Below are positions 20,728 through 30,759 of a DNA stretch of 64,000 nucleotides, in pieces (the first letter of the stretch is position 1; every line of letters starts with the position of its first letter). This DNA is from Candidatus Thorarchaeota archaeon (lineage in GTDB: Archaea; Asgardarchaeota; Thorarchaeia; Thorarchaeales; Thorarchaeaceae): positions 192,001 to 256,000 of the forward strand of contig CAVSBO010000004.1 in assembly GCA_963726195.1 (NCBI GenBank), given 5' to 3'. Made by a program: the position numbers and the translations under genes. The notes below the pieces were generated by a model. The model had not been told where the DNA came from, did not search any database, and saw only the letters and a list, made by a program, of their open reading frames with translations.

Positions 20728-22332
20728 TTAGGCTTCGTTCAAATAATGCTTGTAGACTTTGTACACAGCCCCTCTCTGAATCGTATTCAAATGCACGTAG
20801 GGTCTTGCATCGTAGACGGTTGAATAGGCTTCGTCAATACTCATTCCTTTCGAAATGAGATAGCCAATCACGAGCATCGGGCTTCGTCCTCGTCCCAGCC
20901 TGCAATGCACATACACTCTGCCCTCCTTCGCAAATTCGCTGGTTTTCGTAACCAGCGAAATCAGCGCTTCGGTGTCCGGCGCAGAGTCATCTTTGATAGG
21001 GCAGTACAGGAACTTCATCGAGTTATTGGCGGTATTGTTTTTGGGCGGCAGTTCCTCTGCCAGATTGATAACTGACTTGATTCCGTACTCGGCAAGTGTA
21101 TTGTAGTCTATGGCAGGTCCGAGAAATATGTTACCAATCCTTGAGACCCTGTTCTTGCTGCGACGAGCCGCAGCGTAATGCATCAGTCCCTCTAACAAAG
21201 GCCTTGGGTCTCGCTTCAGAAGCTCCTCGATGAATGGAACCCCTCCTCCGATGACCCCTCGGAACAAGCCCGGCGGAATCAAGGGACCCTTCGCGTCGTT
21301 CATTGAGTTCAACATTCTCATGGCTATACCACGCACACTGACAAACATCCTCTTTCTAGTGACTGTCTGAGGTTTGACATCCTCTGATTTGTAGTTCTCC
21401 ACAAGTAGTCTTGGAAAGTCCACACCGGACGCGATTGCTAGCGGCAGAGTGCCCCAGAACCTGGGGTTAACTTTCATGAAGTACACTTTCCCATCGCTGC
21501 TCATCTTGTACTCGGTCATGGCAACCCCTTTCCATTTCAACGCCTTCAGCAGTCTGTAGCCCTGTCTCGCAGCTTCGGGGTTGAGGTAAGTCTCGGCGAT
21601 CGCGCTTGGACCACCCTCTGAAAACACCTCCAAGATTCTCTTGTGACCAAACACGGCTATTGGCTTGTGATTCTCCGAAAAGATGAAAGAAGCTCCCACC
21701 CCCACACCTTCCACATACTGTTGTAGAATGACCGGACTAGCGAGCCGCAGAAGCTTATTGAACTTCTGCGAGAAGTCCTCCTCCGATTCTTCCCTGATGA
21801 TATAGTGGCGCTCACTCGGAGGGATATTCATCTCCGTTGACACTTTTATTATCAAGGGAAGTCCGACTTCGTGTATTGCGTCTTTGAGCCGGGGTACCTG
21901 TGAAAGCAGTTCCGTTTTCGGAACGGTGACCCGATTCTCTTGAGCAATCTCCAGAATCTTGTCTTTGTCTACAGCTTTGCTCAAGGTGTCATAATCGGGT
22001 ATTGGTACAGTTGCGCCTGCGTCTTCAAGGTCTCCTTTGATCATCGACGTGGCTAACTGAGTCTTCTCCATCGTTGGTATTATGAAATCAAACCCGGAGG
22101 CGAATTTCCGCAGATAACGATGAAAGTCCTCCATTGCGTACGAGGGATCAGGATAGAAGCAGAATCCTTTGCAGTACTTGGAGGATGCATCGAAGGTGTG
22201 TGAGCCGTAAGGAAAACCAAGGATGACTTGGTGCCCGGCTGATCCCAAGGACCTCGCCGCGACCAATGGGTACGGAGGTTCTCCAGCATCTAATATGAGA
22301 ACTCTCTTGCCATTAGCGCGTGAATTGCCCAC
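20728..22332 (-). CDS. ATP-grasp domain fused to C-terminal dual-specificity (Cys-based) phosphatase
   Basis: ARSLG, DKDK, GLPLIIK, LQQYVEG, AMTEYK, VNPRFWG. C-terminal PIKDD and VYVHCRLGRGRS (CX5R). Confidence 0.85.
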   Translation of the reverse strand: MGNSRANGKRVLILDAGEPPYPLVAARSLGSAGHQVILGFPYGSHTFDASSKYCKGFCFYPDPSYAMEDFHRYLRKFASGFDFIIPTMEKTQLATSMIKGDLEDAGATVPIPDYDTLSKAVDKDKILEIAQENRVTVPKTELLSQVPRLKDAIHEVGLPLIIKVSTEMNIPPSERHYIIREESEEDFSQKFNKLLRLASPVILQQYVEGVGVGASFIFSENHKPIAVFGHKRILEVFSEGGPSAIAETYLNPEAARQGYRLLKALKWKGVAMTEYKMSSDGKVYFMKVNPRFWGTLPLAIASGVDFPRLLVENYKSEDVKPQTVTRKRMFVSVRGIAMRMLNSMNDAKGPLIPPGLFRGVIGGGVPFIEELLKRDPRPLLEGLMHYAAARRSKNRVSRIGNIFLGPAIDYNTLAEYGIKSVINLAEELPPKNNTANNSMKFLYCPIKDDSAPDTEALISLVTKTSEFAKEGRVYVHCRLGRGRSPMLVIGYLISKGMSIDEAYSTVYDARPYVHLNTIQRGAVYKVYKHYLNEA

Positions 22333-22614
22333 TTGTCACCCAACCTTGTGAACTGCAGTCGAATCCATGTTCGGTCTTGAAGCACATGAAATGGTTCCGT
22401 GATTTGTCACTTGGCCGCATGCCGACCGCATGAACTGAGGTTCGTCTTCTGGCCAATGCCCTATTGAAGCTTTAGGAGCAATTGAGACAATTGTGCTCGT
22501 GGCATGTGTTCTCCGAGATGGGCCTCGCTAGTGAAGCAACGCATTCGCCGAATCCTTGTCTATTATTGCGCTTGCATCCATACAGTCAAAGGGGAGTTTG
22601 AGGAGTACCGATGA

Positions 22615-23683
22615 TCAGGTTGCTGTCGAGAGAGTTTGTCGCTCCTGCGTCTCTGAGTAGATGATGCGGAAATCACAGTTCATGTTGGTCAGCCTCTTAC
22701 TCGCGACTTCTATGGCTGCCTCCGATGAATCGCAGATTGTCCACCTGCGGCCTGCCTTCTCTGCTGCCGCAGCTGTGGTTCCGGTCCCCGCGAAGAAGTC
22801 TCCAACAAGATCGCCGCTATCTGTAGCACACTCGATTATCCTTCGTAACAGTGATTCTGGTTTCTGAGTGAGGAAACCCGTATACTCTGCCGAGCTGACC
22901 TTGAATGGGCGGAATGTCGAGCCAGAGATTTGAGACCAAGACTCCCGGCACATCGTCGAGGTACTGCTTCTTGGAGTAGCGTCCGTTCTTGCTTCTATAT
23001 ATGAGGTCTCGACTCCACCACTCATCCAGTGTTTCTCTCTTGTACAGGTATGGTGCGGTGCGTCCTCTCCACTCAAACTGCTTCCTGTCTTCCGACCTCT
23101 GGATACCCTGCGCTTCTATCTCAATCAGCCTGAACCTTCCTTTCTCATCCTTGTACCTGTACGGCGTGACGGATTTTGAATCATGCTCTCGATAGACGGG
23201 CCGAGCCCGGAACAGCGAAGAATCCTTAGCATACACCAAGATTATGTCATGTTGGCTCCCGAAGCCCTTACTCTGTGCCTTGGGGCTGTTCGTGCGCCGC
23301 CATACTATTTCATTGACGAAGTTGTCGTACCCGAAGAGTTCGTCCATGAGGACTTTCGCGTAGTGCGAAACATGCCAGTCTAGGTGCAACCAGATGCTGC
23401 CGTCATCACTAACCAAGCATTTCATTGCGGCAAGACGCTCTTCCAAGAAGGCTAGGTATTGCTTGAGCCCTCCTTCCCACTTATCGGTGTAGGTGCTCCT
23501 TTCAGAAAGTAGAGGCGCCCTGTTCTCAGAATTGCTCGTCTTAAGTTTGATACTGTAGTTTGTGTCCGTGAAGAAGGGGGGATTCAGGTAGACCAGCTTG
23601 AATTCCCCAGCGTGTTCCTTGGCAAATCCCTTGACTACTTGCAGGCAGTCCCCGACGAAAATGGCGTTGCGCCACGGCTCCAT
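22615..23683 (-). CDS. Site-specific DNA methyltransferase (N6A/N4C, beta class, Mod-like); one frameshift near 22895
   Basis: GDCL, LVYLNPPFF, DGSIWLHLDWH, NFVNEIVW, HDIILVYAK, then TQKPESLLRRII, DFFAGTGTT. Confidence 0.88.
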
Positions 23684-23728
23684 GACTCCCGTGATAGGAC
23701 AGACCGCCCTTAAGAACTGTCCCAGAGC

Positions 23729-26533
23729 GTGCGCTGCCAAAGCCTTGAATCCGGCATTGATATTAGAGGGTCTGCTTTTTGCCCAACGGTACTGAGGAGG
23801 TCTCATCGCCAGTTGTCACGATTCGGGTTTCCTTTGACACTCATGTTCGTGCCTCTTCTCCTGTTCCCGTGTGCAATGTGCGGATTGGTTATTGCTGGAC
23901 CTGTGTTTCAGCCGCAGGCCGGGCCCTCTGCGAATGTTGCTTTGGTTGGCGGAGGCAACATGCCCTCAGTCGTAACATCATTGCGAATCGATTCGCAGTC
24001 CATTCACCTGACCCAGTTCGCCTCAATTGCAGCGGCATTGACCGACCCGAATACCAATGCGCTAATCATTGCCGATGTTCCTATGGGCCCGTCTGATATG
24101 GGGTTGCTCACTACCTTCCTTACGAGCGGTGGCGGCATCCTGGTTCTTGTTGGCCCATCGATGACAGCCAACGGGACTGGTTTCCAAGAACTCAACATCA
24201 CGATAAACAACAATCTTGTTGCGAGCAGAGATCAAGCTGGGGTGATTACCCGAATGATGAACAGCACCCACCCCATAATGAGCTTTGACTGGGCCTCTGC
24301 TCCACCAACCGAAAAGATGACAATTCTTCCAGTTCTCAGTCCTTCGAGTAAAACACTTCTCGCGAATGATACCGGTCGCGGGACGGGCGGTGCTCCGTTG
24401 CTTGTATACAGGTCCGTGGGCTCAGGCAATATACTGGTCTTTACACCTTGGCTCACGGTCAATAGCACCGCGGAGGAGCCCCAAGTAAACTACGAGACCA
24501 TCCTTTGGCCCTACTTCAACTACTTCATGTATTCTGCCAGCATGTACCTCGGGGGTCAGAGCGCCCTCACATTTCCAGAGTGGCCGTACTCTCCTGTGCC
24601 GCATTTTGAACAGCAGCTGATTATCGGGGTAATTGTGGCTGTAGTCGGTGTTACGACGGTGTCGTCCTATCGCAGGATGAAACACAAGTCTGTCATGCAT
24701 CCCGAGGTTCTCTCTGAAATGGAACGGGCTGAGCTGCTCGTGAAGACGGGCGAGATAACTGAGTGGGAAGAGATAGGGATGCACCGACAAATCGGTGGAT
24801 TTCTCATACAGTTGTTCATCACGCTCATTCTCGTTATCCCACGTACCATCCTCACTGTCATGATCTATCCGCGGTACATTATGCCTTTCCCGCAAGCAGC
24901 CGGATGGTTCTCCTTCAGTGTTAATCTCTTTCTAGGATTATGGACAGTGTTTGACCTTGGTACGGCTGTAGCATTGGCGAAGTATTTCGCCGAGTACCGC
25001 GTATCTCAGCCTGAAGAAGCTGTGAAGTACGCACAGATCTTCGTTTGGTGGCAGTGTCTAAGTGGTGTCGTACAAATCACGTTTATCGCGTTCGTCGGTT
25101 CAATCATATTTCCGCACACTTACTTGGCCCACCTTACCTACGTGTTCATCGCACACTCTCTGTTCCAGTTCCCAGGTTTCACATTGTTGTTCCTGTACGC
25201 TTTCCAAGGAATGAACCGAATCGACTACTTCCAGATTTCGACCATCCTGAAGTACGCTGTTTTCGATATCTTGGGCCCGTATACTGTCATCCTCGCGTTC
25301 CGATGGTGGGGAGCTCAGAATCCGATATTCGGCGAGGGACTCGCAGGCGCAATCGGGCAGGCAATCGGGTCATACGTTTCGGAATACCTCACGTTTGCTG
25401 CATCCATGTACATGTTCAAGAAGATGGGGTTCAAGGCCAGCACGCTGTTCCGGGTGGACTTCAAAAGGGAGCAGATAAAGCGAGCCCTGAAGTTTGGCGG
25501 CAAGTGGACCGTTGGCGCATCGATGGTCCCGATTGTCTGGTTCTACCAGATGCTTCTAGTCAGCACAAATGTGTTGAACTGGGCCGCACTCCAAGGCCAA
25601 TACGAACTGGCATGGAACCTGGCGATAATGGTCAGCATCGTGGGGCTCTTCATGGAAGGAATGCTCGGAGGAATCTCGGAGTCATACTCTCATGGCAAGA
25701 AGAAGCTGACCGAGTACTACACTGCCCAAGCTCTCAAGTACGGTGCCTTCTTCGTGTTTTGGCTGATTTCATCCTTGGCTGCTGTTGGTGCCAGAGCTAT
25801 CTTGGGAGCGGCGGGAGCTGAGTGGGCGTATGCGGCCGTGTTGCTCCAGTTCTTCTTGATATTCCAGATCCTAGGCTTCTGGTCTTGGCTGGGTGATTGG
25901 GTATATGCAGCTGCGGAGAGGACCGGACTCGCTGCCGCTGTCTGGGTTCTTGAGCAATCAATCAGAGCAGTGGCAATGACGTGGTTTGTAATCAATCAGC
26001 CGACCCTTGTCATTACGTGGCCAATACACTACTCAGTGTATCTTGGTGGAATGCCAGGCATAATAGTCGGGTATTGTATTGGCCTTGTGTGCAAGGACTT
26101 CGCCGCGTGGGTCGTAATCCGCAGGAAGATAACCAAACCAAAGCTCTACGTCTGGCAGAGCTACGTTGGTCCTGCTCTAGCTGCAATCGTGAACTACATC
26201 GTGCTTGAGGAAATTGCTGAGTACATGTGGAACGGAGACTTGATTACCTCAGCTCTGTTATTCTTCGTAGGAACAATACCGTCGCTCTATCTATTCGGCT
26301 TTGTCAGTGGTATCACTGGAGTCTGGGACAAGAACACCCTTGTTGAGTTTAAGAGGGCGGCCGGGATGGTTCATATTCGTGGACTCGGTTGGATGGCCAG
26401 AAGGTTCTATGGTTCCGTCGCTCTGGGCGCCCGGATAACTCCGCTTCACAACAGATTCCCAATTGATGTGTACGATGCTGCAATGATCGAGGCTGAGGAG
26501 CTGACAAGGGAGAAGAAGAAGCTCGTGATTTAG
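23729..26533 (+). CDS. Polytopic MOP-superfamily (Wzx/MurJ/MATE-like) flippase with N-terminal extracellular domain; true start probably downstream of 23729
   Basis: Signal-like hydrophobic N-terminus; ~250-aa ectodomain with several N-x-S/T sequons; then 12-14 TM helices with DLGTAVALAKYFAEY and GGISESYSHGKK. Confidence 0.7.
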   Translation: MRCQSLESGIDIRGSAFCPTVLRRSHRQLSRFGFPLTLMFVPLLLFPCAMCGLVIAGPVFQPQAGPSANVALVGGGNMPSVVTSLRIDSQSIHLTQFASIAAALTDPNTNALIIADVPMGPSDMGLLTTFLTSGGGILVLVGPSMTANGTGFQELNITINNNLVASRDQAGVITRMMNSTHPIMSFDWASAPPTEKMTILPVLSPSSKTLLANDTGRGTGGAPLLVYRSVGSGNILVFTPWLTVNSTAEEPQVNYETILWPYFNYFMYSASMYLGGQSALTFPEWPYSPVPHFEQQLIIGVIVAVVGVTTVSSYRRMKHKSVMHPEVLSEMERAELLVKTGEITEWEEIGMHRQIGGFLIQLFITLILVIPRTILTVMIYPRYIMPFPQAAGWFSFSVNLFLGLWTVFDLGTAVALAKYFAEYRVSQPEEAVKYAQIFVWWQCLSGVVQITFIAFVGSIIFPHTYLAHLTYVFIAHSLFQFPGFTLLFLYAFQGMNRIDYFQISTILKYAVFDILGPYTVILAFRWWGAQNPIFGEGLAGAIGQAIGSYVSEYLTFAASMYMFKKMGFKASTLFRVDFKREQIKRALKFGGKWTVGASMVPIVWFYQMLLVSTNVLNWAALQGQYELAWNLAIMVSIVGLFMEGMLGGISESYSHGKKKLTEYYTAQALKYGAFFVFWLISSLAAVGARAILGAAGAEWAYAAVLLQFFLIFQILGFWSWLGDWVYAAAERTGLAAAVWVLEQSIRAVAMTWFVINQPTLVITWPIHYSVYLGGMPGIIVGYCIGLVCKDFAAWVVIRRKITKPKLYVWQSYVGPALAAIVNYIVLEEIAEYMWNGDLITSALLFFVGTIPSLYLFGFVSGITGVWDKNTLVEFKRAAGMVHIRGLGWMARRFYGSVALGARITPLHNRFPIDVYDAAMIEAEELTREKKKLVI

Positions 26534-26716
26534 GCTCCAGCAAAGAGAAGATGTCTCTGCTTGCCTGAGGCCTCGGCTGTCGGCGATGACCGAGTCGCTG
26601 GGAGAGTAGATGTCCTTAGATGTGGCGTGCGAAAGAGAGATAGGCGTGTAAGCTCTGATTTGGCACACCTCATCACGTGAGGTAGAGTTGGAAGGGGTCT
26701 GACAACAGACTTTGAG

Positions 26717-26974
26717 GTGACGGAGATGTCAACAGAGAGGCAAAGGGGTCTCCAAATCCAGATAGTTCTTTTTTGGTCAGCCGCAATAGTCGTGGGCGCG
26801 ATTGGATTCATGGTATACCTCAGACTGATGCCCGCGTTCGATCTGAGCATGGACATGCAGGAATACATGAATGCTATGATGTATGCCACAAGCGTTTCGG
26901 TGGTTTTCTCTGCGATCTCAGGAATCCTCGCAATCATTGGCATAGTCAAGTTGGTGCAGTACTTCAAGACCTAG
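26717..26974 (+). CDS. Small two-TM hypothetical protein
   Basis: Two hydrophobic helices; GAGGTGA RBS-like motif before ATG 26726. Confidence 0.6.
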   Translation: MTEMSTERQRGLQIQIVLFWSAAIVVGAIGFMVYLRLMPAFDLSMDMQEYMNAMMYATSVSVVFSAISGILAIIGIVKLVQYFKT

Positions 26975-27023
26975 AACACACTGAACCAGCTATCATTCCG
27001 TGCACCACAGATTCCGGGTGCAT

Positions 27024-27269
27024 TCACATGTCCATGTCGACTGGTTCTTCTGGCGCTGTTGCGGCGATCTTCTCGCGAGTAGCCTTAGTCCTGACGAGCC
27101 TGACCATGTACCCCGCTACTCTGTTTCTGACCTTCTTTGACGTCTTCCCCTCGATTCTCTGCTCGACGAGTCTCTTGTTTGTTTCAAAATCATTAGTGAA
27201 CTCGTCAGGGAAGTTCTGAAAGAGGGTTCTGGCCGCAATCTTGATGTAACCTGGTCGTATGCTACCCAA
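27024..27269 (-). CDS. rps17e: 30S ribosomal protein S17e
   Basis: MGSIRPGYIKIAAR, FTNDFETNK, SKKVRNRVAGY. Confidence 0.95.
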   Translation of the reverse strand: MGSIRPGYIKIAARTLFQNFPDEFTNDFETNKRLVEQRIEGKTSKKVRNRVAGYMVRLVRTKATREKIAATAPEEPVDMDM

Positions 27270-27370
27270 TCTTTACTCACCGTATTCAGTGTGTCAAGTC
27301 CGGCTCTGGCTCGACCTGTCTTTATAAACTCATGCATCTTTCACAAGCGGCGCGGAGAGGTATTCGAATC

Positions 27371-29123
27371 ATGGAGTACAAACGTCTCGCAGAAGCCTAT
27401 ACTCAGATTGAGTCTACGTCTGGTCTTCTGGAGAAGACTGAGATTCTGTCCTCACTCCTGAAGGATACACCGCCCAAGGAGGTCAGTCGGGTTGTCGCAC
27501 TGACCTTGGGCAAACTGCATCCCGACTGGACGGGAAGTCCAGAAATCGGCATTGCCGAGAAGACTGCCATTCAGGTCGTTGCAGCCGCTGCATCGGTCTC
27601 AGAAACAAGGGTCAAAGCGGAGGTTAGGAAGACTGGAGATATCGGTGCTGCTGCAGAAGTGCTGTTGGCAAGTAGCGCTCAGGGCGCACTCATAGATGAA
27701 GAGTCAACTGCTGCGTTTGTTTACGAGACATTGGATGCGACTGCGAAGACCTCAGGACAGGGGAGTAGCCGCGAAAAGACGGCCAAGCTTAACGGGGCTC
27801 CTGAGCAGCCTGAGCCCTCTTGAAGCAAAGTACGTCCTTAGAACTGTGCTCGGGGATTTGAGGCTAGGCCTCGGAGACATGATCATGATTGATGCGCTTG
27901 CAATAGCGTTTGCCGGTGACAAAGCCGCGAGTGACGAAATTGAGCATGCCTTCAATGTGTGTAGTGATTTGACCCATGTTGCGGAGATTCTGGCAATTCG
28001 GGGTATCGAAGCGGTCCGTTCTATCAAGGCAGAAGTTGGTACTCCAATTCGGATGATGGCCGCCAAGAAGCTCGCCACCACCGCGGAAATCATGGCGAAG
28101 GTTGGCAACAGGGCTCTCGCTGAGTACAAGTATGACGGCGAAAGAATCCAAGTCCACAAGAATGGCGAGACAATAGTACTGTTCTCTCGTCGTCAGGAGC
28201 GTATAACCGACCAGTACCCTGACGTGGTGGAATATGTTCGTGAGAATGTTGTCGCCAAGAAGTGTATCATAGAAGGGGAATGCGTTGCGGTGGACGCCTC
28301 GACTGGAAGGATGCGCCCATTTCAGGAACTGATGCAGCGCCGCAGAAAGACAGACATCGACAAGATGAGGAAGCAGGTACCCACAGGCATTTTCTTCTTC
28401 GACATCCTGTATCTCGAGGACAGAGACGTGACAGCGCTGCCAATGCTTGAACGCAGGTCCCTCCTTGAGAAAGCACTGAGGAAAAGCGACAGGGTGAATC
28501 TAACAACAGGACAAGTCATTTCAGATCCCGAGAAGCTTGGTGAGTTCTTCAAGCAAGCAGTTGAGGGTGGTGCAGAAGGCATCATAGCAAAAGCTGTCCA
28601 CAAGGACTCAAGCTATCAAGCCGGGTCAAGAAGCTGGTTATGGATTAAGCTAAAGGCATCTTACCAAGAAGGGTTGTCAGATACTGTGGACCTAGTCATT
28701 GTCGGGGCAATCTACGGCCGGGGCAAACGAACTGGAGTTTACGGCGCCATCTTAGCATCCGTGTATGACCCTGACTCCGACACATATCCAACGGTGTGCA
28801 AGATTGGAACCGGATTCACGGACGAAATACTAATGGAACTGAAACAGAGATTGGACAAGTACAAGCTGGAAAAAAGAAACCCCAAGGTGATCTCGGACAT
28901 GGAAGCGGACGTTTGGTTTGACCCTCAGGTCGTCATAGAGGTCATTGGGGATCAGATTACTCACAGCCCCGTCCACACTGCTGGTCAAGGCAGAGTGGCC
29001 GGCGGCGGTCTCGCAGTAAGATTCCCACGGTTCACTGGTAGATGGCGAGAAGACAAAGGCCCTACACAAGCAACAACGGTTGATGACATTGTAGACATGT
29101 TCGAGGCTCAACGGAAGCATTGA
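27371..29123 (+). CDS. lig: ATP-dependent DNA ligase; one frameshift near 27790
   Basis: EYKYDGERIQVHK (motif I), EGECV, FDILY, EGIIAK, WIKLK, DLVIVGA, RFPRF. Removing one A at AAGCTTAACG joins the N-terminal DNA-binding domain. Confidence 0.95.
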
Positions 29124-29232
29124 ACAGCGCGATGTCCTCCCACTTGTCACATGAATCTGAACTGCTTAGGCGTCATTCCGGCAGTTTTAGAAGTCTACGG
29201 GCTTCTACGCGGGACAACCCCGAGGCATCATA

Positions 29233-29685
29233 ATGCACGGCATACGCATCACTGACGGGAAGATGAGCTTCAGTGCAGCCCATTTTGTGGTGCGTGGTGG
29301 AGCATGCGAGCGGCTGCACGGTCACAACTATCAAGTTGAGGTATCCATTCAAGGTCCCCTAGATAATCATGGAATGGTGCTAGACTTCAGAGATGTCAAA
29401 GACCGAGTCACGGGAATTTGTGAGGCCTTAGACCACAGGGTGCTTCTTCCCGGGCGCTCACAGGAAATCAAGGTTCGAGAAGCCGCGGGCACAATGGAAG
29501 TGGTTGTGACGGGCAGGCGATATGCGTTCCCAAAGGATGATTGCATTGTGCTGCCAATCGCAGCCACGACGGCAGAGCTGCTTGCTGAGTACATAGCCAC
29601 GAAGCTCGAGCTCTCTGGAACCTACGATTATCAAGTGTGTGTCAGCGAGAAGGCTGGGAGTGATGGCTGCTACAGCAGTAAATGA
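29233..29685 (+). CDS. queD: 6-carboxy-5,6,7,8-tetrahydropterin synthase / PTPS family
   Basis: FSAAH, CERLHGHNY, MVLDF, LDHR, TAELLA. Confidence 0.88.
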   Translation: MHGIRITDGKMSFSAAHFVVRGGACERLHGHNYQVEVSIQGPLDNHGMVLDFRDVKDRVTGICEALDHRVLLPGRSQEIKVREAAGTMEVVVTGRRYAFPKDDCIVLPIAATTAELLAEYIATKLELSGTYDYQVCVSEKAGSDGCYSSK

Positions 29686-29705
29686 ACATGTTAGGCTCAC
29701 GGTGA

Positions 29706-30524
29706 ATGGCATTGGTATTTGAAACGCAAAACGAACAGCCCCTTCACAGGATACAACTCAGCAGGGTTGGACTTAGGAATCTAAAGACATTCGTCATCAC
29801 CGAACGCGGTGGTCTTAGGTATCATCTGATTCCCACAGTGGAGATTACAATCGACCTGCCCGCTGAGCTGAAGGGTATCCACATGTCTCGGCTGGTCGAG
29901 TCCATGACCGAGGCGGTCACCGATCAGTTCAGAGTGCACAGTTCTGTAGAGGAGATTCAGATAGACATTCTTGATTCTCTTCAACGCAAGCATGCTTTCA
30001 CACACGGTGAAGTCAAGTTTGAGTTCGAGTTTGGCTATGAGAGCAAGACGCCGGTCTCAAAGAAGAGGACTTGGGAAGTATGCGACGTCACAGCTATCAC
30101 GATTAAGGAAGAAGACAAGCCACCCGTTCATAGTGTCGAGTTGCGGGTGATTGGGAACACTGTGTGTCCGCATTGTATGGCGAACAACAATGGCATGACC
30201 CACATGCAGAGGGCAGTCGGAGTGCTACGGGTGGTCGGAGGGATTTCTGACATACCGAAGTATGGAGACATGATCGATGTCATCGAGAGGTCTTTTTCAA
30301 GCAAAACGTATTCACTGCTCAAGCTTGAGGATGAGATCCAAGTGACCAGACAGATGTACGAGAATCCCCTGTTCGTCGAAGATGTGTGTAGGAACATATT
30401 GCAGAACGCAAAGGAAGCCTTCGGTGACAGGAATCTCGAAGTCTATGCTGAGGCAACGTCGCTTGAGAGTATTCACAAACACGATGTGATTGCCCAGGGC
30501 CGACTGCTTACGAATGGTCAATAA
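29706..30524 (+). CDS. folE2: GTP cyclohydrolase FolE2/MptA family
   Basis: KGIHMSRL, TVCPHC, THMQR, ENPLFVEDVCR, ESIHKHD. Confidence 0.88.
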   Translation: MALVFETQNEQPLHRIQLSRVGLRNLKTFVITERGGLRYHLIPTVEITIDLPAELKGIHMSRLVESMTEAVTDQFRVHSSVEEIQIDILDSLQRKHAFTHGEVKFEFEFGYESKTPVSKKRTWEVCDVTAITIKEEDKPPVHSVELRVIGNTVCPHCMANNNGMTHMQRAVGVLRVVGGISDIPKYGDMIDVIERSFSSKTYSLLKLEDEIQVTRQMYENPLFVEDVCRNILQNAKEAFGDRNLEVYAEATSLESIHKHDVIAQGRLLTNGQ

Positions 30525-30759
30525 AGCAGTTCGTCAATTGCCAGGGCTTCTTCGTGAATCAGGTGCATTTTGGCTGGGCTGCCTGGGTGACCACATTTGC
30601 ATGATTCATGGTATTTCTCCTGTTTCTTTGTACAAAGAAGGCTTTTTTGACTAATTGCGTTAATCAAAACGCGCGCATGCTTGGTTCCTCCTGAGTCCAG
30701 AACGCCATCGTTCCCGCAGTGTCGAAATGCCGCATATGATGTCGTCGAGGTAGACAGAA

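Noticed and set aside
27371-29123. DNA ligase (and other split genes) as pseudogenes or programmed frameshifts
   Set aside because: Ligase is essential and all motifs are intact. No slippery heptamer is evident, and similar one-base indels hit about 12 unrelated loci, so sequencing error is the simpler explanation.
29233-30524. queD plus GTP cyclohydrolase as a 7-deazaguanine DNA-modification (dpd) island
   Set aside because: No dpdA/tgt-like, queC or queE gene in the window; the pair fits ordinary pterin/archaeosine precursor synthesis.
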